Shown here one piece after another: positions 53,044-56,496 of a stretch of DNA of 56,496 nucleotides. Source of the DNA: Alphaproteobacteria bacterium (GTDB taxonomy: Bacteria > Pseudomonadota > Alphaproteobacteria > JAEUKQ01); assembly GCA_044227605.1 (NCBI GenBank), contig JBGAWJ010000002.1, positions 1 through 56,496 of the forward strand, given 5' to 3'. Below the pieces are notes generated by a model. It was not told the DNA's origin and did no database searches. It was given only the letters and a program-made list of their open reading frames with translations. A program made the position numbers and the translations under genes. Each line of letters opens with the position of its first letter. The first letter of the stretch is position 1.

Positions 53044-54255
53044 CTATAAATGTTGGGGGTTTAGCAACGCCTGGATCCCTGGCAAGGTTTTGCCTTCCAG
53101 CCATTCCAGAAAAGCGCCGCCGGCGCTGGACACATAAGATAATTTTTCTTCAACACCTGCTTGAATGAGGGCTGAAACTGTATCACCGCCCCCCGCAACG
53201 CTAACCAGATTTTTCTGTTGGGTGGTGCTTGCGATCATAGCAGCCACTTTCTTAGTTCCCTGATCAAAAGGGGGAGTTTCGAAAGCCCCCAAAGGCCCGT
53301 TCCAAACCACGCTTTTACTGTTTTTCACGGTATCGTTAATCAATTGGACGGTTTTAGGGCCGATATCCAATATCATATCTTTAACACCTATCTCTTTCAA
53401 TGTGACCGTGCGAGTGACCACATTCGCTTGCAACGCTTCTGCCACCACGGCATCTACAGGCAATATCAGTGATTTTTTCGATTTCTTGGCAAGTTCGGTG
53501 ATGTGGGCGGCGGTTGCCAGCATATTGGCTTCTGTTAAAGACTTACCCACCTGGCATCCTTGTGCCTGCAGGAAGGTGTTGGCCATCGCCCCGCCAATTA
53601 CCAAATGATCAACTTTTGATAATAAGTTTTGTAGTAAATCCAATTTGGTTGATATTTTAGCCCCCCCGACAATGGCTGTGAGCGGGCGTTTAGGGGTAGA
53701 CAGGATATGGTCTAAAGCCGCTACTTCCTCAGCCATTAACAAACCGGCAAAAGACGGCAGGAAGTGGGTGATTTTATCAATGGAGGCATGCGCCCGGTGG
53801 GAACAGGAGAAAGCATCGTTCACGTAAAAATCGCCCCCTTGGGAAAGTTTTTGGGCAAAAACGGAATCATTTTGTTCCTCACCTGCATGGAATCTTACAT
53901 TTTCAAGCAATAAAATTTGACCCTGCTGCAACTGGCGTATTTTATCTTGGGCGATGCTCGCAACACAATCTTCGGCAAAAAAAACTTTGTAACCTGCCAA
54001 AGCTTTTTCGAGTGCGGGTAAAACCTGCCGCAAGGAATAAGCAGGGGTTACCTTGCCATCTGGCCGCCCTAAATGGGATAGGATAATGACTTTGGCTTTT
54101 TGATCAGCCAATTGTTTTAACGTAGCGCATGCCCGGGTGATTCGGGTGGTGTCGGTCACTTGGCCATTGCTTAAAGGCACATTAAAATCGGTACGCACCA
54201 GAATTTTCTTGCCTGTAATCGCTGGCAATTCCTTGATTGTTGGCATCTTTTGCAT
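53044..54255 (-). CDS. pgk: Phosphoglycerate kinase
   Basis: KKILVRTDFNVP, SHLGRP, and a C-terminal region containing AGGGDT and FLEWLEGK. Confidence 0.96.
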   Translation of the reverse strand: MQKMPTIKELPAITGKKILVRTDFNVPLSNGQVTDTTRITRACATLKQLADQKAKVIILSHLGRPDGKVTPAYSLRQVLPALEKALAGYKVFFAEDCVASIAQDKIRQLQQGQILLLENVRFHAGEEQNDSVFAQKLSQGGDFYVNDAFSCSHRAHASIDKITHFLPSFAGLLMAEEVAALDHILSTPKRPLTAIVGGAKISTKLDLLQNLLSKVDHLVIGGAMANTFLQAQGCQVGKSLTEANMLATAAHITELAKKSKKSLILPVDAVVAEALQANVVTRTVTLKEIGVKDMILDIGPKTVQLINDTVKNSKSVVWNGPLGAFETPPFDQGTKKVAAMIASTTQQKNLVSVAGGGDTVSALIQAGVEEKLSYVSSAGGAFLEWLEGKTLPGIQALLNPQHL

Positions 54256-54341
54256 GGGATCCCCTCTTGCGCTAGAAATGGCTGTCACTCATATTAGGAA
54301 CTTATATAACATGTTGTTGTTATTTTGGTATGGGAAAATAA

Positions 54342-55148
54342 ATGATGAAACGGTATCGCTCTGTTTTAATTACCGGTGCAAGCGGCGGGATTGGTTCCGC
54401 TTTTGCCCGTCTGTTGGCGCCTTTCATGGAAAGTATGTTGATCACAGGCCGTAACTTACAAGCCTTGCAAAAACTGGCTGGGGAAATCAAATCACCGGCA
54501 TCCAACAACATACATATAAAGATAGCAGATTTAACCAAGCAAGAAGATGTCAACCAATTGGCTGTGTTGGCGGACGAGAAGAAAATTGACTTGTTCATCA
54601 ATAATGCGGGCTTGGGGCACTTTAATCATTTTTTGGCGACTTCCCCGAAGGAAACAATGGATATACTGCAAGTCAATGTGCTGGCGGCCACGCAACTATT
54701 ACATGCATTGTTGCCGGGTATGATTGAACGGGCAACGGCAGGGAGGAAGCGGGCAGGGGTCATTTGCGTGGCCAGTATGGCGGCCTTCCTGCCTATGCCT
54801 TATTTTTCAGCGTATGCGGCCAGCAAAAGTTATTTACATGCGTTAGTTTTGGGCTTGCAGCAGGAACTGTGCCGACAACCGATTGATCTGTTGTCTTTAT
54901 GTCCGGGATTAGTTGAAACGGCCTTCATCGCTAAAGCTAACATGCCTCGGAAGTTATTAAAACGGGCCGTGGATCCCCAAGTCATCGCGCAAACGGCGAT
55001 GCAAAAATTGGGCAAACGCGATCAATATACTTATGGATTTGGAAATCAAGTGGCCCTGATGGCGAGTCATCTTATCCCCTCCAAAATGAAGCGCCGGCTT
55101 CTCTATTATTATTGCAAAAGATGGCTGCCCCCGGAAAATTCTATATAA
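54342..55148 (+). CDS. SDR family oxidoreductase
   Basis: TGASGGIGSAFA cofactor motif, NNAG, catalytic YAASK. Confidence 0.85.
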   Translation: MMKRYRSVLITGASGGIGSAFARLLAPFMESMLITGRNLQALQKLAGEIKSPASNNIHIKIADLTKQEDVNQLAVLADEKKIDLFINNAGLGHFNHFLATSPKETMDILQVNVLAATQLLHALLPGMIERATAGRKRAGVICVASMAAFLPMPYFSAYAASKSYLHALVLGLQQELCRQPIDLLSLCPGLVETAFIAKANMPRKLLKRAVDPQVIAQTAMQKLGKRDQYTYGFGNQVALMASHLIPSKMKRRLLYYYCKRWLPPENSI

Positions 55149-55187
55149 TAAAAAAAGGGGGAAGAACGGGTCGCAGGAAACAAAGGG

Positions 55188-55685
55188 TTAGGCCATGTTG
55201 ATTTTGGCTTTAACCTCTTTTAAAGACCGTTCAAAAAAGACCGCGGACAGTTCTTTATTATTTTTTTCAAGCAACAAAGACCTGATGATTTGGGTGGCTA
55301 AAGCACCAATTTCCGCTTGCATTTCTTGCAGTAACTGTTGCTGGCTTTGCTCAATTTTGGACAGAGCGTCTTGCCCTCGCCGTTCTAAGGTCAGTTCTAA
55401 ATTCTTCAAAGATTGTTCCTGAAGCAACGTTGCCTCGGTTTGCGCCTGTAACAGCAATTCGCGTGCTTCCTGCTCTGCTTGGCCAAATTTTTCTTGGTAT
55501 TCTTTCAAGATTTTTTCTGCCTGCATACGCAATTCTTTGGATTCTGCTATATTGGATGTAATTTTGGCAATCCGTTGATCCAACATGGCGCCGATCATTT
55601 TGTATAAGCGTTTGCCAAGCAAGGAAACAAACAGAAGAAAAGAAACGCCGACCCAAAGGGTTGGATCAGAAAAAATTTCCATCAT
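55188..55685 (-). CDS. atpF: F0 ATP synthase subunit b
   Basis: 165 aa with one N-terminal TM helix and a long charged coiled coil. Last gene of the c-b'-b order. Confidence 0.85.
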   Translation of the reverse strand: MMEIFSDPTLWVGVSFLLFVSLLGKRLYKMIGAMLDQRIAKITSNIAESKELRMQAEKILKEYQEKFGQAEQEARELLLQAQTEATLLQEQSLKNLELTLERRGQDALSKIEQSQQQLLQEMQAEIGALATQIIRSLLLEKNNKELSAVFFERSLKEVKAKINMA

Positions 55686-55686
55686 A

Positions 55687-56169
55687 TTATCCCTTCACGC
55701 GTTTATAATGGGCAGCAATTTCTTGATCACTAACGGGCAAATCAGCTAACCGCTGCAAAATTTCTTTAACTGTCTCCGGCACTAGTACGGCAATATCCCC
55801 ATGCAAACGCGTTCGTAAATTTGCAATCCGGGCTTCCGCATCTTGAATTGTTTTGCTTAATTGACGGTTAATAACTTGTTCCCGTTCCCCTAATTCTTTC
55901 TTTAGCGATAAGGCGGTTTGCTGCAATTGCTCATGGGCTTTTTGCCGTGCTTGGGCAATCAACTGCTGATAATGTTTTTGCATTTTTTCCGCGTCTGTCC
56001 GCATAGATTGAGCGGCGTCCAACTGGTCTTGGATTAATTTCTGTCTTTTATCTAACGTTGCCGAAACTTTAGGTAAGGTTAAGCGTGACATCAGCAGATA
56101 GAAGAGTGCAAAAATAATAAAAAGCCAAAATATCTGTGGCAAAAAATCAGCGACAACGAGCTGTGGCAT
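55687..56169 (-). CDS. atpF2: F0 ATP synthase subunit b'
   Basis: 160 aa with the same architecture as subunit b. It lies between atpE and atpF, the alphaproteobacterial arrangement. Confidence 0.85.
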   Translation of the reverse strand: MPQLVVADFLPQIFWLFIIFALFYLLMSRLTLPKVSATLDKRQKLIQDQLDAAQSMRTDAEKMQKHYQQLIAQARQKAHEQLQQTALSLKKELGEREQVINRQLSKTIQDAEARIANLRTRLHGDIAVLVPETVKEILQRLADLPVSDQEIAAHYKRVKG

Positions 56170-56279
56170 TCGATCACATCCCTTGTAAAGGCCAACCAGC
56201 TGTCAAAAGGGACTGATCCCTGAAGGTGGGAACAACCCTTAACAAAGGTTGGCCATGTTCCATTGAATAGCCAAAAACC

Positions 56280-56496
56280 TTAAACAGCGAAAAGCAATAA
56301 CAAGGCAATGAGCAAAGCAAACAATGCGACTGCTTCGGTTAAGGCAAAGCTGATCAGCAAGGCACCGAAAACTTTCGGGGCAGCAGCTGGATTACGTAAG
56401 GCACCCGACAAATAGCTGGCAAACAAATTACCCAAGCCGATACCTACCCCCCAAAGGGCTAAAGTTGCAATACCTACTGCAATATATTTTGCGGCT
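56280..56496 (-). CDS. atpE: F0 ATP synthase subunit c. The 5' end lies beyond the window edge.
   Basis: Not in the ORF track. The minus strand reads AAKYIAVGIATLALWGVGIGLGNLFASYLSGALRNPAAAPKVFGALLISFALTEAVALFALLIALLLLFAV*, a typical c-subunit hairpin with the carboxylate in FALTEA. Confidence 0.9.
   Translation of the reverse strand, partial: AAKYIAVGIATLALWGVGIGLGNLFASYLSGALRNPAAAPKVFGALLISFALTEAVALFALLIALLLLFAV

Overview
This 56.5-kb window looks like chromosomal DNA from an alphaproteobacterium, with moderate GC (mid-40s % by eye). The lineage call rests on three gene arrangements: sdhCDAB-zapE-mdh-sucCDAB-lpdA, split ATP synthase operons with both b and b' subunits, and rlmH-gpmI-envC-ctpA-rppH.

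The content is mostly core energy metabolism and housekeeping:
- an EEP-family phosphoesterase followed by cardiolipin synthase
- pntAA/pntAB/pntB transhydrogenase
- the full succinate dehydrogenase / malate dehydrogenase / succinyl-CoA synthetase / 2-oxoglutarate dehydrogenase cluster
- F1 ATP synthase (atpHAGDC) and, at the right edge, part of the F0 operon (atpE-atpF'-atpF)
- a cell-envelope cluster (rlmH, gpmI, EnvC-like M23 protein, two tandem S41 CtpA proteases, rppH)
- mtaB-ftsY, and cytochrome bd oxidase cydABX
- cspA, hmgA with an FAH-family hydrolase, rlmN, an IalB-like protein, a Rhizobium-type asparaginase, a pmtA-like methyltransferase, pmbA, pgk and an SDR

I recognised no rRNA, tRNA, CRISPR array, transposase, integrase or phage gene by eye. 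I also found no convincing multi-gene novel system such as a defence island.

The most unusual signals are lesions in otherwise well-conserved core genes:
1. sdhA lacks the whole N-terminal GxGxxG FAD-binding segment.
2. An asd-like gene is frameshifted and also lacks the catalytic Cys and His.
3. The mtaB radical-SAM motif reads CxxxCxxY.

Two stretches of apparent gene debris (about 28.05-28.47 kb and 38.65-38.95 kb) fit the same picture. Together these suggest either ongoing reductive evolution, as in a host-associated lineage, or assembly errors.

Secondary candidates are an orphan gene pair between atpC and rppH, an unannotated cydX with a long tail, a small membrane ORF translationally coupled upstream of cydA, and an orphan helical protein preceded by slippery poly-T tracts.

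All homology statements come from motif recognition by eye. No database search was run.
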